Of a stretch of DNA of 64,000 nt, positions 38,331 to 51,530 are shown piece after piece. Source of the stretch: Lama glama (Eukaryota); the NCBI GenBank assembly GCA_028534125.1, contig CM052817.1, positions 59,708,001 through 59,772,000 on the forward strand, written 5' to 3'. The translations under genes were made by a program, and so were the position numbers. The notes beneath the pieces are model-generated. The model was not told the origin of the DNA. It saw only the letters and a list, made by a program, of their open reading frames with translations, and searched no databases. Each line of letters starts with the position of its first letter. Within the stretch, counting starts at the first letter, position 1.

Positions 38331-39454
38331 AATAGCCTTACAGGCATCTAATTACATTTAATTTATTTAGTGTCTTTAATTATATACAGGTCTTAAATTA
38401 TCTTTTAAGCCGTCCCAAACTGCGCAAATAGTAATTCTGTACTTATTGCTTTGGAGAAGAAAATATTGTTTGTAGTAAGCACACTTGTCGAATAGATTAA
38501 AAATGTTCTAATTATGTGAAAGACTATCATCTACAGTATAGATTCAAAAGTGTTGATCTTAAATGTGGTGTAATCTGCCCTCCCTTTGTTAGTATCAGCG
38601 AAGCAGAGCTAACACTGACATTTGGAATGTGTTTTTTCCTTTTTTTTTTAGTATCTTGCTCAGCCCTTTATCTTACACATAGTAGATTCTTATGGGTAAA
38701 TGTTGATTGTTTTCTATGTAATGATATTATTGCAAAATATACTGATTAGGAGAAAGATAACATGTACTCAAACAGCATTTTAATTCTAAATGAAAAAATT
38801 ATTTAATCTCAGCATATTTATTATTTGAAGAAATTATTTACTAGCTTACAAAAGGACAAATCTTTAGCCTTTGTGAGCTTCAGCTTCTAATGTGTGGATT
38901 TTGTATCACAGAGCTTTTGTGAAGATTAAATTATATCAGGTATTCGTAATACAAAAAGTTTCTTTCCTCTTCCAGCCTCACCTCTGAATATTTGATTTGG
39001 CTCCATCTTTGTCCAATTTTCTCATCTATTTTAAGAGTATTTTGTTGGCTTCTGTATATTTTTAGTAGCCTTGAGTATTTTGGAATATACTTTAATAAAA
39101 TCTAGTTTTTGGTGCAAAATCTTTTATTTTTATTTTGTGTTTCAGGATGTAAAATTTACAAACTGAATCAAAATGTGGAATCATGATATAGTTATTCTGG
39201 CTTATAGCAGAGTTCATTCTTCAGGGTACAGTTGGTTTACCTAAAAATCAGCTCTTTCAGCAAGCATTTCAAAGAATTTAATTATATGACTATAAAATGG
39301 TAGATGTTGCATTATACCTCATCTGTAAACTCGCAATAATCAATAAATGTTGTTTTGCAACATCAAAGATAGGAAATTTTTGATAATCATTAATTTATAA
39401 TCAGAAAGCCCCCCTTTTCCCTCCAATATTAACCTAGTGCATTGTACAGTATGA

Positions 39455-39690
39455 CTTGATTTACTAGGTTCTAGGCACTATTCTAAAGGCTTTATATGTA
39501 CAGTGTAATTTAATCCTCAAAAATGACCTAATGAGATTGGCAACTATTATTTCTCCACATACAGATGAGAAAGCTGAGGCATGAATATTTAATGAATTCA
39601 CCTAAGGTTACCCAGTGACCGAGTAGCTGAGCCAAGATGTGAGCCCAGTAGTCTGGCTCCAGAATCTATACTTCCAACCAATATTCTACG
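39455..39690 (-). mobile_element. MIR SINE
   Basis: 'ctaggcactattctaaaggcttta...tttaatcctcaa...acagatgagaaagctgaggca...cctaaggttacccag...gtctggctccaga'. Confidence 0.85.
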
Positions 39691-40691
39691 CCATCTCTAT
39701 TCTATATCAGCTCTATGTCATACTTCTAGTATGCACTTTGTATGGGAGGACAAATAGGCTACCCAGCGATTTGGATGTTTTTCCTTGTAGTGGTGATGTA
39801 TTGTCACTGAATGATAACAGATTTTTCTTGATACCTGGAAGGTAGATTGGCAACTAAGTAATACTATTGTGTCAAGTATATGGTCATATAGAAGAGATTT
39901 TTTTGTTTGTTTGTTTGTTTGTATTGTTTTGTTTGCCCCTGCAATGCCAGTAATCTGGAAGATGCTGGGACTTCATCATGCTAATGTTGCTTGTTCAATT
40001 CTGTAGCCATATCAGTTAATTCATTTGGGCAAGACACATTATCACCACAATGTTCAAGTTTCTTTATTCTAATGCATTCTCTAAAGGGAATTCATAAAGA
40101 ATCACAATCATAAGGAAGTGCTGTAGACTTAATTACAATGTGTGAAAAATTTGACCATGGAATATCAGTGAAATGATTCTGAAATTTGAATTGAACTCTG
40201 GAGCATTTGTCAGTTAGTGTAAAGATTCGTTTTCTCTTATGCGTGTGGTCTTAATATACTCTGTGGTTTTAATTTTGCCAGTGACCATTCAGCATCATGC
40301 TTAATTTTCATCCTTAGACAACCATAAGAAATAATAAAGATAATGAAGATCAGGTGCCTACAGGCTGGAAATTTGTTTATTAATATTTTGTCAGATATTT
40401 TATGAGTCTTTTTGTACATAGTTGAAATATAATTTTTAAAATGGATTTTTGGGTGTAGGTAATTTTTGTCAGTGGGCTTTCCACTAGTACTAAAAATGTA
40501 CTAGGTGTTTCCACATATTAGATTTTGAATATATTTTTGGCTATGCTAAGATTGAAACAATGTTAGAGATCTAGAATTTAATGTAAATTTTGTATTCTGT
40601 TAAGTGACTATATTGAGTCCATGACATTACATGTTCTCCTGAGGTCGGAGAAAATACCATATTTTGAAAGAAGAGCTGAAAAAAAAATAGT

Positions 40692-40775
40692 GATAGCTAT
40701 ATCCATGGCAACAGCATAACACCCATACAAAAGGGAGCGAGAGTGTGTTGGTTAGATAGCTGCATGGCAACAGCA
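40692..40775. promoter_or_regulatory. Pair of RFX X-box-like motifs
   Basis: ATATCCATGGCAAC (40699-40712) and GCTGCATGGCAAC (40759-40771) compared with consensus GTTGCCATGGCAAC. Confidence 0.55.
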
Positions 40776-41171
40776 GGCTAGTAGGAGAGGAGGAAGGAAA
40801 GTTTTAAACCAATACTATAGTAGGCTTTTTGAATGTTTCGGGTTCAGCCATTAATAAATCCAATTGATTTTTTTTTACCTTCTTCATATTTGTGATTTTA
40901 ATTAAAAAGAACAGTTAAAAAGATTTAGATGTGTGGTGTAAAATCAGTAAATGTGCACTTAAAATATGCATCAGTATGAGTATATGCTATTGGAAATTAA
41001 AAGCATATTATTAAGAACAAAGTTCTTTGCAATTCATTGATTGTATATATTTGTGAAGAATTTAAATACGTATGTCTAAAATAAGTTAACTATCAAATTT
41101 AAAAAAGATTGAACTTTATTTTTTGTTTTTATTTTCCCAGTAAAGTGTGCAAATGTGCATATATACATCTA

Positions 41172-41202
<31 letters not shown>

Positions 41203-41210
41203 TTTTTTTT
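41172..41210. repeat. Compound (TG)n(TA)n(T)n microsatellite
   Basis: Directly visible. Confidence 0.9.
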
Positions 41211-43773
41211 AATGTGCATGTGTAAAAGCACTGTTGAATTCTTCTAGAAGGTCATTTCATTTAGTTAGACATGTGTTTTGGCCATTGTGGGAGATAGAAA
41301 TGAACATTGTTAGGTAGTCCTAGAACAAATTCTTTCTAATAAATCAAATGGCAGATTTTGAAAATGGTATATTGAAATTCTGAGTTTTTACATATTATTG
41401 TTTCTTTACAAATCAAAACTAATCAATAAGCTTAGTATCGAAGCTCAAATGGCAAAAGGTAGGAGATGTTAAAATTTTCCTCTGAGCCCAAATCTACCTT
41501 ACCTGTACTGTAAGAAACATCCTAATCCAGCCTTTTGTTTTTCACTTATTCCTAAAGGGGTTTGAAATTTATCCCAAGAGAAAATGCAAAGAAAGCCCCT
41601 TAAAATGATTAAAATATGAAGTGATTAATTCTCCCGCTATTCAAAAAATAGGCTGTTTTTCTAACCCTTTTAGTTGTACTGATCCAAGACTTGGTCTTTA
41701 TTTTGTGTATTTCCTTTTTTTTCCCTTTTCTTCTTTTTTTTCTCCTCTTCCTCCCCTTCCTCCCCTCTTCCCCTACCTCCTTTTAATGATGCTTGACTTA
41801 ATACCTCAGTTATTTGAAGCCTCACTATAAAATGGGTATATAAAATTTAACTGTTATCTATTAGTTTGCTTCCAGATAATGTATCTGCTTAACATCAGGA
41901 ATATTTCCATGATATTTAGTTACACTTTAAACCTACAAATTATCCCTTGTAGCTGTTAAAGTTAACAAAATTTATATCCATTCTTTCCTCAAAAATGTAA
42001 TACATCTTTATATCTTAATGATATCTTAGTACAATGGTCTCAAAGTTATTTATTTAGTTGTTGAACTCTTTCTTTAAATCAGAGTATTATCCTAAGCATA
42101 AAGAAGGATAAAGAAAGGTATTCTGGTTGGAAAGAAGGTGTTTTTGTAAAGTGGCTATAAACATTCTAAACTTGAATGCAACTTTTTCAGAACTTTTGTG
42201 GATTTTTGTCACTTTTGTTTACTGCTGTACCGTTAGTGCACAGAGAAGTACCTCAGACAAAGCAGGCTCATTATCCCCTCAGCCCTTGAGGGATTTATGT
42301 GGAGTATAGTGAAAATATGGTTCTCCATCCTGTTAGCCAGTCAGTGATCCTGGATTTCTATCCTACTCATACAGCTTATGTCATACACATTAACAGTGGG
42401 AGGAGTGTACCTGCCTATGTGTGTACGTACAAATATTTGGTCTGGTATTAGTGAAACTTCTGATAGAAAAATAAGAAGATCCTTCAAGCTAGAGGTTGTT
42501 TCATTCTGTAAAGCAGTAAAAAAAAAAAAAACTCTTTGAGTTTTCATGATATCTGCAGAGATTCGTGATACATTCAAGGCATTCTAGGAATGGCCTTGGA
42601 AGCTGTCCAAAATGGTAATGCTTTTGGACCTGGAGCTGTGAGAGAAGCCTGGGTTACCATCATATACCATAGGCTTCTTACTGTAATGATGTTTCCTTAT
42701 ATCTTGGGAAATGTTAGGTGATTCATATATAATTTGTCTTATAAAATATGGAAATATATCTGCTGAAAAATAGACCAGCTCAAAAGTCATATTTTAGAAT
42801 ATCTAGTGTTGTAAAATAGTCATGTTGGCCTTCCCACCGTAAATGTTGACACTTATGATTTGATTTGTTTTCATAAACATTCAGGACAAACATTTGGGCT
42901 GCCCTTTGATATCGCATATCTCTTTTATTATAATTCAAGATTTTGCCCAATTTTGAAATGACTGTGTGACTAAATATATATTTAAGTAGTTTCTATGAAT
43001 TGTCAGTATTTGTTTGGTATTTCTTTAATTTGAAAAATATGTAATGATTTATTTAATTTTTACATTAGATATTTTATTTGTGGCAACATAGAGTATCACT
43101 TGGAATTACAAAGAATGGAGACATTCTTACATAGTCTAAGATAAGGAAATAAAACCACTTTCCCCCTCCCATTACCTGTAGTGTTGCAGGCATATTGATG
43201 TTATAGAAACTCTGAAGGTAAAATGTGCAGTCCTTAAAACAGGAATATTCATAAAATACATAGCTCTTTCCTGCAAGGTTTTGCAGCTGCATTTTAAAAA
43301 CAAAATTGATATTACTCGTTTTGAATTTCAAAAGTTTGGCATTTGGCAGTATGTAGAGCCCCTGCATAGATTTCTACATGTAAATTGGTTTAAGAGTAAA
43401 TAAATTAGAATACACAAATATTTGTGTAAATATAGTCCTACTTTTTGTATGTCTTTTGTTTTCAATTTGAAAGACTTTAAGTTCTCTGGAGTTAAATATA
43501 AAAATAAAATAATTTGCGTTTGTGAAAGAATATATATATTTACATTTTTGAAATGTATAGCTAATTTTCCCTTGAAATAAATCCTTTAATACTTAAATAG
43601 ATAAAATATGCCCTTTATGAGATGTTGTCCCCCTCACCACAGATGATGAAGGGTTTGCTTTGTGATCTGACAATTAAAATTCATTTTTATGTGGTAGTTT
43701 TTTGTATGACATTCTGTTCAATGACACCCTCAAGGTAAAATTCTATAATGATACTGAGTTGTTTTCAAAATGG

Positions 43774-43840
43774 TAACGTCTACATCTTTTTGTTGTTGTT
43801 ACTTATAACGTCTACATCTTTTTGTTGTTGTTACTTATAA
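43774..43840. repeat. Perfect 2 x 32 bp tandem duplication plus 3 bp
   Basis: taacgtctacatctttttgttgttgttactta at 43774-43805 and 43806-43837, followed by taa. Confidence 0.97.
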
Positions 43841-46195
43841 AGTATTTCAACCTGACTAGGAAGCACATCTATCATTTTGCTACTTTATCATGATTTCCTT
43901 TTGATCTATAAACCAGATTTTATCAGGGATGCATATTCTATATTCACACTCAGTGTACTGTTACTGAGGACATTGCTAATGTGATCATTAAAGTGATAAG
44001 TACCATGTATTCTACACTGTATTCCTTAAGGGAAAACAAGAATTGTAATATTAATTTTAAAGTCCTAATGTATGGAAAGTAAAAATTAGTCTATCAACAC
44101 TCTCCATTGCAGTAGTGGCAAAGTAAAGACAAAGATATATTATTGAAATAAATGGGAATTAATTTCATGCTATGTACTTTAGCATTGCTGGCAGGAAAAA
44201 GATAAAAAGTCTGAGGACAAATCAGGTAGTAGTATAAACAAAATATTAAAAGCAAAAGATATTTATTATTGAATAAAGCCGTTGCATATGTTAAAACATA
44301 TGCCAATTGCTTATATATAACTGCTACTTAAATAAATACATTATTTATTGAATAATTTTGAATTTATACAAAAATATTATGACTGATTTCTAGGAACCAG
44401 GGAAGAAAAATCAGCCAAAGCTGTGGCGGACTAGAAGATTTAATTAACTCCAGATATTTGGTTTCATGTTTAGCAATGTGATGTATAAAATGATTCACAC
44501 TATATGTGTCAATCATTAATTTGATACTGCTGATAATGTAAATTGGAAGATACCTATCTGTGCTTATTTCTCAATTGTATATGTAATATGCTTAACAAAA
44601 CCTAACTGAGCAGACATTCTTGATGGAATATAATAATTTCAGTGTACGGTATTACTGACCTGAAGGCTGTTAGTTTAACTGAATAGTTAATAGTAATTTA
44701 TCTATGTATACTTCTGATGTCAGTTATATTAATACAAACCATGTGTAACTTTAGATAGGAAAATAAGGATGTTTCTCACTGTTCTAGTTATAACTAAACT
44801 CTAGGAATAAAGAAGTATAATAGCGATTGAGGGATGATATCTAGAAATATCCAGAAGTGGTAAATTCTGGTCTTTTTCTTCTTCCTTCTTATGTACCCAA
44901 ATTATTTTTTGTACTTCTTTATTCTGTGTAGGAGATACTATTAAAAGACAAGACAGTAAAAACAAGTATGCATGACAGAAAAGTAGGCAAGGTATGTGGA
45001 GAATGAGATACGCTGTGAAGTATATTTTTATAGCCCTGATGGTGCCTCCCAGTGTGTCCCTCAGTGAACAGAAGAGAGGAATGTTTGTTGAAGATTATCT
45101 CCCTTGACATTTCCTGGCTGACCAGACAATTAGACCAAGGTAAGTAGGAGAGTGAGCCATGTTGTGGTAGCTGTGCCCCAGATGCAGAAACATTAATAAG
45201 GGTGTACTTAGTGGGGAGAAAGAAGGCTGGAAATATAAGTGGCCCTGGAAAGCTACCTCTCGTGGATATTATTTTAGTAAAAATGAAGGAGAAATGACCA
45301 AAACACGGAAGTAATAGGCTACCCATTTTAAGAACTTTCTCAGGTTAGAAGGGACCTATTTTTACATTTTCTCTAAGATGTTCTAAAGTTTGTGGTGTAA
45401 ATAAAATTTCTCTCCACTAATTCAAAATCTCAACATTTTCCTTCCTTTATGAAACAAATTTGCTGAAGTTAAAACATACAATGAACAAAAGACAATACAT
45501 CTTCCAATATTTTATTTGATTTAAAAAGCTTTATTGTTTTTGGAAGAGGTATTATGAGGTTCCTACCAGCACTGCCTGCTGCTTAAAAAGATTGTTTGCT
45601 CATCTTCTGCCAGAAAATCCTAAAAGAGATCAATTTTCCCCCAGATCATTTTGCTGAGGGCAATTGTTGATATTGCTGTCAGAAAAAAAGAGGACAGTTT
45701 TATGTAGATGGAAGAGTTCTGGCTATTTAGGTCATTGGCTGTATTGAAAATCATAAGAAACCTTTGAATTCTTTGATTTCATATTTTCTCAGTATCCTGC
45801 ATGCAGTTTTAGCATTTTCCTGATGTCTCAATAGTATTCCCAATACTATAGTTACAGTAATATCCTTGGGTTTTTCTCTAGTCAGCCACCATCTCTTTTA
45901 TATTTTCTCTGACTTTCATACTTCCAAGTGACTATCTTCTGAAGATCAGTATCATTCCTCATCCTGAGGAAGGGGGAAAGTACAATCTAAATCAACATGC
46001 CACATATTGGGTGGATTGAGCAGTAACCACCCTAGCTCTAAGACTCTAATTTCATCATCACTGGGATCCTGCGTTGCTCTCCAAGTCTTGTTCCTGTTGA
46101 GCAATCCTAGTAGACCATTAAACATCGAGCATTCTCTATCCCCATGAAGCTCCTTTCACACACAGATATTTAATTCAATTCTTGGTTTATTGTCT

Positions 46196-46199
<4 letters not shown>

Positions 46200-46243
<44 letters not shown>

Positions 46244-46260
46244 TGTGTGTGTATGTGTGT
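46200..46260. repeat. (TG)n microsatellite
   Basis: About 20 perfect TG units followed by an interrupted extension. Confidence 0.97.
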
Positions 46261-46979
46261 ATGGGACAGGCCTGTCTCTTGAACCCCGATATCAGAGCTG
46301 ACTTCCTATTATACATTATTGTTGTTAAAATACTATTATCTAATCTCAATAACTATTATAGAGATAAAATTAGGAAAGTTAGTAAGTACTATAAGATAAA
46401 TAGGTTTTCTGGTCAGTGGCATGTGGAATATTAACATACTACATCTCTCTTTATGGGATCACAGTGTATGTTAGCATATATCCTCAGTAGCATCAAGATA
46501 ATGGAAACTGACCCTTAATTCTGTTTAACCCAATAGTTTTCAAATAGATATGCATATATAACAATTTTTGTAGCGGACTATTTAATAGTATAATGTTGAT
46601 ATGTAGAAAGCTTGCTGTTTTAGAAAGAAGTTCTGAACTAGGCAATTAGTGAAATGCTTATCTGTAAAAATAACTTCCACAATACCGTGTTATGGCCACC
46701 ACTGTTTGACAGCATTACATAGAAATTATGGTTTATTAAAAGTGATCACTTACTTGGTTTTACTGTACTTCTCATACATAGCAGAGGGATGGGAAAGGAA
46801 TAGCATGAAGTTTGCAAATTTAAAAACTTTATAAAATGTTTTTTAAATTATTTTCCTTTATCTAAAAGAAACTTAGTGATTCTGATATGACATGAATATG
46901 ATTCCCTTCATGGAAAGTTCATGTGGCTGTCTTCTCTGGAGGGAAATAACCTTGAGAACTAACCGTTAAAATGGGGTCA

Positions 46980-47630
46980 TGTTCAGCTTCACTGTTTATA
47001 AGAACTTGTTTTAATACCTAATAGAACCTACTTCCATTTTAGTGGATTGCTATGAATGTCATGATTATCTCAAGTAGGTACTACAGTCTTTATGATTAGA
47101 ATGTCCTTAAGATATACTGTAAGGGAAAAGATGTAGAGTTAACATGTCTAGATTTCAATAAGATGTTTCAAAGGTGTCTTTTAATGTCCCTGTTGGCAAG
47201 ATGGAAAAATATTGACTGATGATAGAGCCAGGCAGGATTATAATTGGTTGAAAGATCATATTCAGATAACCCTGAGTTATGGATTAGTAGTAATTGGAAG
47301 GTTTGTCTTAGGACTCCATCCTTGACTCTGTCATAGTCTAAAATTTCATTAAGTTAGATAAGAATTTTGGAAACAGTATTTCTCAGACTTGCAGGTGCTA
47401 TGAAGCTGGAAGGAATATTAAATGTGTTTAATATATTGAATTACAAAATAGAATTTCCAAGAAACTGGGAAAAACTGAAATATTAGACGGAGATTGTCAG
47501 ATGTTTAACAGAGTTAACTCTAAAACCTTAAAAAATTAACATCAGTAAAAACAAGTGCACAATTACAGAAAAGGACACATTTTATTTGACTACAGCATGC
47601 ATGTTTAACTTGACTCTGAACTCAATGTGG
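46980..47630 (+). mobile_element. L3/CR1 LINE reverse-transcriptase remnant
   Basis: Ordered motifs DVELTCLDFNKMF (cf. DVVYLDFSKAF), NWLKDHIQ (cf. NWL..R.Q), DSILDSV (cf. GSVLGPV) and RLAGAMKLEG (cf. KFADDTKLGG). Confidence 0.75.
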
Positions 47631-48269
47631 GAGGGAGAGATAAACTAACGTTAGTTGAGTGTGTAATACATGTGTACCTTGGACTTTTATATACTCTTGT
47701 AATTTATCTTCAACAACAAAATAATGAGATCATAAGTACTATACATAGTATACCAATAAAGAAAATTAAATAAATGAAAATAACCTGTCCCATAACATTA
47801 AGCAAATAAGTGTCAGAACAGATCTTTAGTCCCAAATCTATTAGAATACTTGTTGTAAAAGTACAGGATTCTGTTCGAAACAGTGAAAAAGATGACTCTG
47901 GCTTGATCTGGCCACATCTGGTGGCTGTTTTTAGGTGTGGCCATAGTTGCAGAGGGATAGTAATAGAATGGATCAAGTCCAGAGGAGAATAGACAAAATA
48001 ACTTCATATCATGTGCATTTAATGCAGTTTGACTCTGTATTTTATTTTAAATAAGAAAAATTTCTGGTAGGCTGTGGTAGGTGAGTTAACAAAATTCAAA
48101 AGCTATTATGTTACAGAAAAATTAGATTTTTTTTCTTCTGTTGGCCTCTACGGGGAAAAACTAGGATTAATTAACGGAATCTGGAGAGTTGTAGATTTTA
48201 TTCAACATGAGAGAATTTTTATGTATTGCTGCTTTATTTTTTATCCTTCTTATTATCTTATGATATACT

Positions 48270-48422
48270 GTCTATATTTTTATCTTGTATGTTTTCTCTT
48301 TTTCTCACTAATATAAAAGTTCCATGACGTTAGGAATTTGTGTCTGTTTAACCACACCTTTCCTGGTGCCGAGAACAGTACCTGGGATAAAACAGACATC
48401 ATAATAAAATTTGTTGAATGAA
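48270..48422 (+). mobile_element. L2 3' terminus
   Basis: 'cactaatataaaagttccatgacgttaggaatttgtgtctgttt...gtgccgagaacagtacctgg...aaatttgttgaatgaa'. Confidence 0.7.
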
Positions 48423-49619
48423 AAAAGTCAAACCAGAAATTTTTGGATTCAGTTTTGATCCTAGCAAATAACATTCTCCTTACTAGCAAATTGTGCTTTC
48501 CTTACTGTTAATCAAATAAATATTCAAATAATTTGTGAATTTACAAATTTACAAAAATTCATGTAATTTAATGTCAAGAACCATTGGATTCTCTAAAAGT
48601 CACATTAGAAATAGTGACCAATAATGATTATTAATCTATCAGTGTCTATATGGAATGTAATTTGCAATATTTTATATATTGGGATGTCACATATTGTCAT
48701 CAAGCTGTTTCAGAGAAGTGTGAGAGCAGTGAAGTTAAATGCTAAGCAGTTTGCTTGCTAGCTGTATCATCTTGAACGATTTACACAACTTTATGATTCG
48801 TGTTTCTTCATCTGAAATTATCAGTACCTCATGAAAATTATTTTAAAGTATTAAAAGCTATAATGTATGTTTTAAAGTGAGTATAAATATTAAATAATAT
48901 TATCAATATTAGTAGTAAATAGTAGTTACTCTTATTAGGACTACTCACTACTCAAACTGTTTACTTGAAAATAATAAATATCAAGGTTTATAACAACCAT
49001 CTAACATTTAGAACTGCTTACTGGGGTTTTGACCAAAAAATCCATAGTTCTTTTGACCTTCAGATAAAGAAGCAAAGTGTTAGAATTTGGGATAAAGAGA
49101 AGACTGAGTGAATTACAGATAAAGTTAAAAAAATTTGTTCTCGAGGAATGTGTATTGTCTCTGTATCCATTTTTTCCTTCTCACTCACTACTTTAGTCTT
49201 TTTAGGTACAACTCCCTTTCTCTGCTTCCCTTGTTGCTCTGGAAGGATTGAACATAATAGCCCGTTGAGTTGCCACAGGCAGCTTTGCTATAAAAGACTG
49301 GCAGTCTCTCCCATTACAGCGTTTTCTTCCCTTTTGTGAAAAGACTCCCACCCTGGTATCTGCTGCTGAGAGCCATGCTGAAATAACCATTTAAAAAAAC
49401 GACCCTCCCTCAGGCTATGGCACGTCTGTCATGGTGTCTTTGTCTTCACTCTGTTTTTGAAAAATCTACAGTTTTTTGTGGGAAACTTTATTCTGTTTTA
49501 TGAAAACATACCACTGATAACTACCAGTAAGATTCAGTATGACTTTAGTCATTGTGGATTTCCATTGGTTGACTTAAAAACACACTTCATTTATCTAGCC
49601 TGAGCATTTATCATCTTAA

Positions 49620-49880
49620 AAAAAGTTTTTCTTTTTAAAAAATTATGTGTATTACTGTGAACCATTGAAAAGTAAATTTCATGCATAATAACTCTTTAAT
49701 TGTGGATACTTCAGTATGCATTTACAGAAAAAATAAAGATAATCTCTTATGCTTTTACATAACTGCAGTAGTTACCAAATTAGAACATTAATGCTGATAC
49801 CTGACTAATTATCTAAACTATAGTCATTATTCAAATATTGTTGTTTTTCCCCAGTAATGTCTTTTATAGGTATAGAAAAA
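49620..49880 (-). mobile_element. L1MC-type 3' UTR fragment
   Basis: 'atacttcagtatgcattt...tacataactgcagtagttaccaaattag...ccccagtaatgtcttttatag'. Confidence 0.5.
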
Positions 49881-51206
49881 AAACTTTAATTTTTGGAAAT
49901 ATTATCATTTTGCCAGGATATTCCATTATTGCCACTCCTAGGCTCTATTACTGAAAACTGTGCTTTTGGTAATAACTTACTTTGAAGATAGTGCCAATTA
50001 TAGTCATGTTTATCATTATCTTTTCCCCCTCATTTGTATAGGCAATCTGTAGAATTATGCCTGTTAATCTTAAGAGACTTCTCTCTTATATTTCTAACTT
50101 TTTTTCTTAGATATAGAACAAATTAAATTTCATGTAAATTTATACTTCTTGTATAAAAATTAGAGAGGCAGGTACAGTAACCCCAAATTAAACAAATTGT
50201 TCATAACTATAATGTGGAGTTAAAATTTAGTGTAATATGAGCATGTAAATCTTGTAATCTTAGATGTTGCTTCCTTTTCTAAATGTGAATTTAATTTAGC
50301 ATTAATTAATTAGTATCTTTAGTTATATAATTAAAGAATATATTTAGTAATATACCATGAAAATCTTTCATTTGAACACATCTGTATATTTATTTGAAAA
50401 AAGAGGACATAGTCAGATAAGATCCTGTAATTACATTGAAAATATCTAGTAAAAATCTTAAAATATAAAAGCTTATTTTCAATAACTGCATCTTAGAGAC
50501 ATATTTTCAAGGAATTTACTGATACTCTTGATGGTTTTCCAAATCATGTTTTAAAAATGTCTGGTTTATTGCTTTTTTAACACTGACAAAAATGTTTCAT
50601 TGCATGCATCCTTATATACTGCTACCTTTCATTTGATAAGCACCAACAAAACATTGAAAGTGTTGTCATCATGCATCTGTGTACTTCTAGTCCTTTTGAT
50701 TGATGGCTTTATTTAAATAATGTTGTGTCAAACCAGTAATGCCATAGTTCTTAATCCTTTTAGTGCCAGAGTGCACATATCTCCTTTCAGGCCCCTTTGA
50801 CTTGAAATGTAGTTTGTGATTACATCTAAATTCTTCAGATAAAGCTCAGTTGAAGGATAAGACAGAAGTATGAACACAGTTATTATTTTCCATTAGCGTT
50901 GTAAACCATAGTAGAGGCTATAATTCCAGGAACAAGAAGTTGCAAACAGCTTTCTTCTTTTGAAAGTTACTTATAAATTTACTTAAATGACCTACTCTAT
51001 TTTTTGATTCAAAAAATACTGTATACTATGAATAGGACAAATGAGCAGGTAAAGTGCATTAAGTGTAACACGTGATTATATATAAAAATATTTTCTGCAT
51101 TTAAGTCTCAGATCTTGAAAGACTGACAGTAACTTAATATAACTGATGCTAAAGAAAGCACCAATAAAGTCAGTTTTCAAAACAATGCTTTCTTTGTTTT
51201 TACTTA

Positions 51207-51530
51207 TTATTTTTTAACTGAAGTATTGTTGATTTACAATATTATATTAATTTCAGATGTATAACAAGGTGATTCAGTATTTTTATAGATTATACTCCAC
51301 TGCAAGATATTATAAAATAATTGATATATTTCCCTGTGCTACACAGTATATCCTTGTTGCTTATTTATTTCATACATAGTAGTTTGTATCTCAGTTCCAT
51401 ACCCCTATCTTGTCCCTTCCCATTTCCTTCTCTCTGCTGGTAACCACTAGTTTGTTCTCCATATTTGTGAATCTGTTTCTGTTTTGTTGTATACATTATA
51501 TTTTTTTATTGAAGTCAGTTACAATGTGTC
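51207..51530 (-). mobile_element. Cetartiodactyl-type L1 3' UTR plus a second tiny L1 tail (about 51500-51530)
   Basis: 'ttaactgaagtattgttgatttacaatattatatt...tggtaaccactagtttgttctc'; homologous to 60768-61040. Confidence 0.85.

Noticed and set aside
39146..39226. Strong acceptor 'ttttgtgtttcag' followed by a possible exon
   Set aside because: Stops in all three frames and a weak donor.
43411..43428. Perfect 18-bp palindrome tacacaaatatttgtgta
   Set aside because: By rough estimate about one is expected by chance in 64 kb of AT-rich DNA.
44919..45326. 135-aa minus-strand ORF
   Set aside because: No recognisable domain or splice context; probably a chance ORF.
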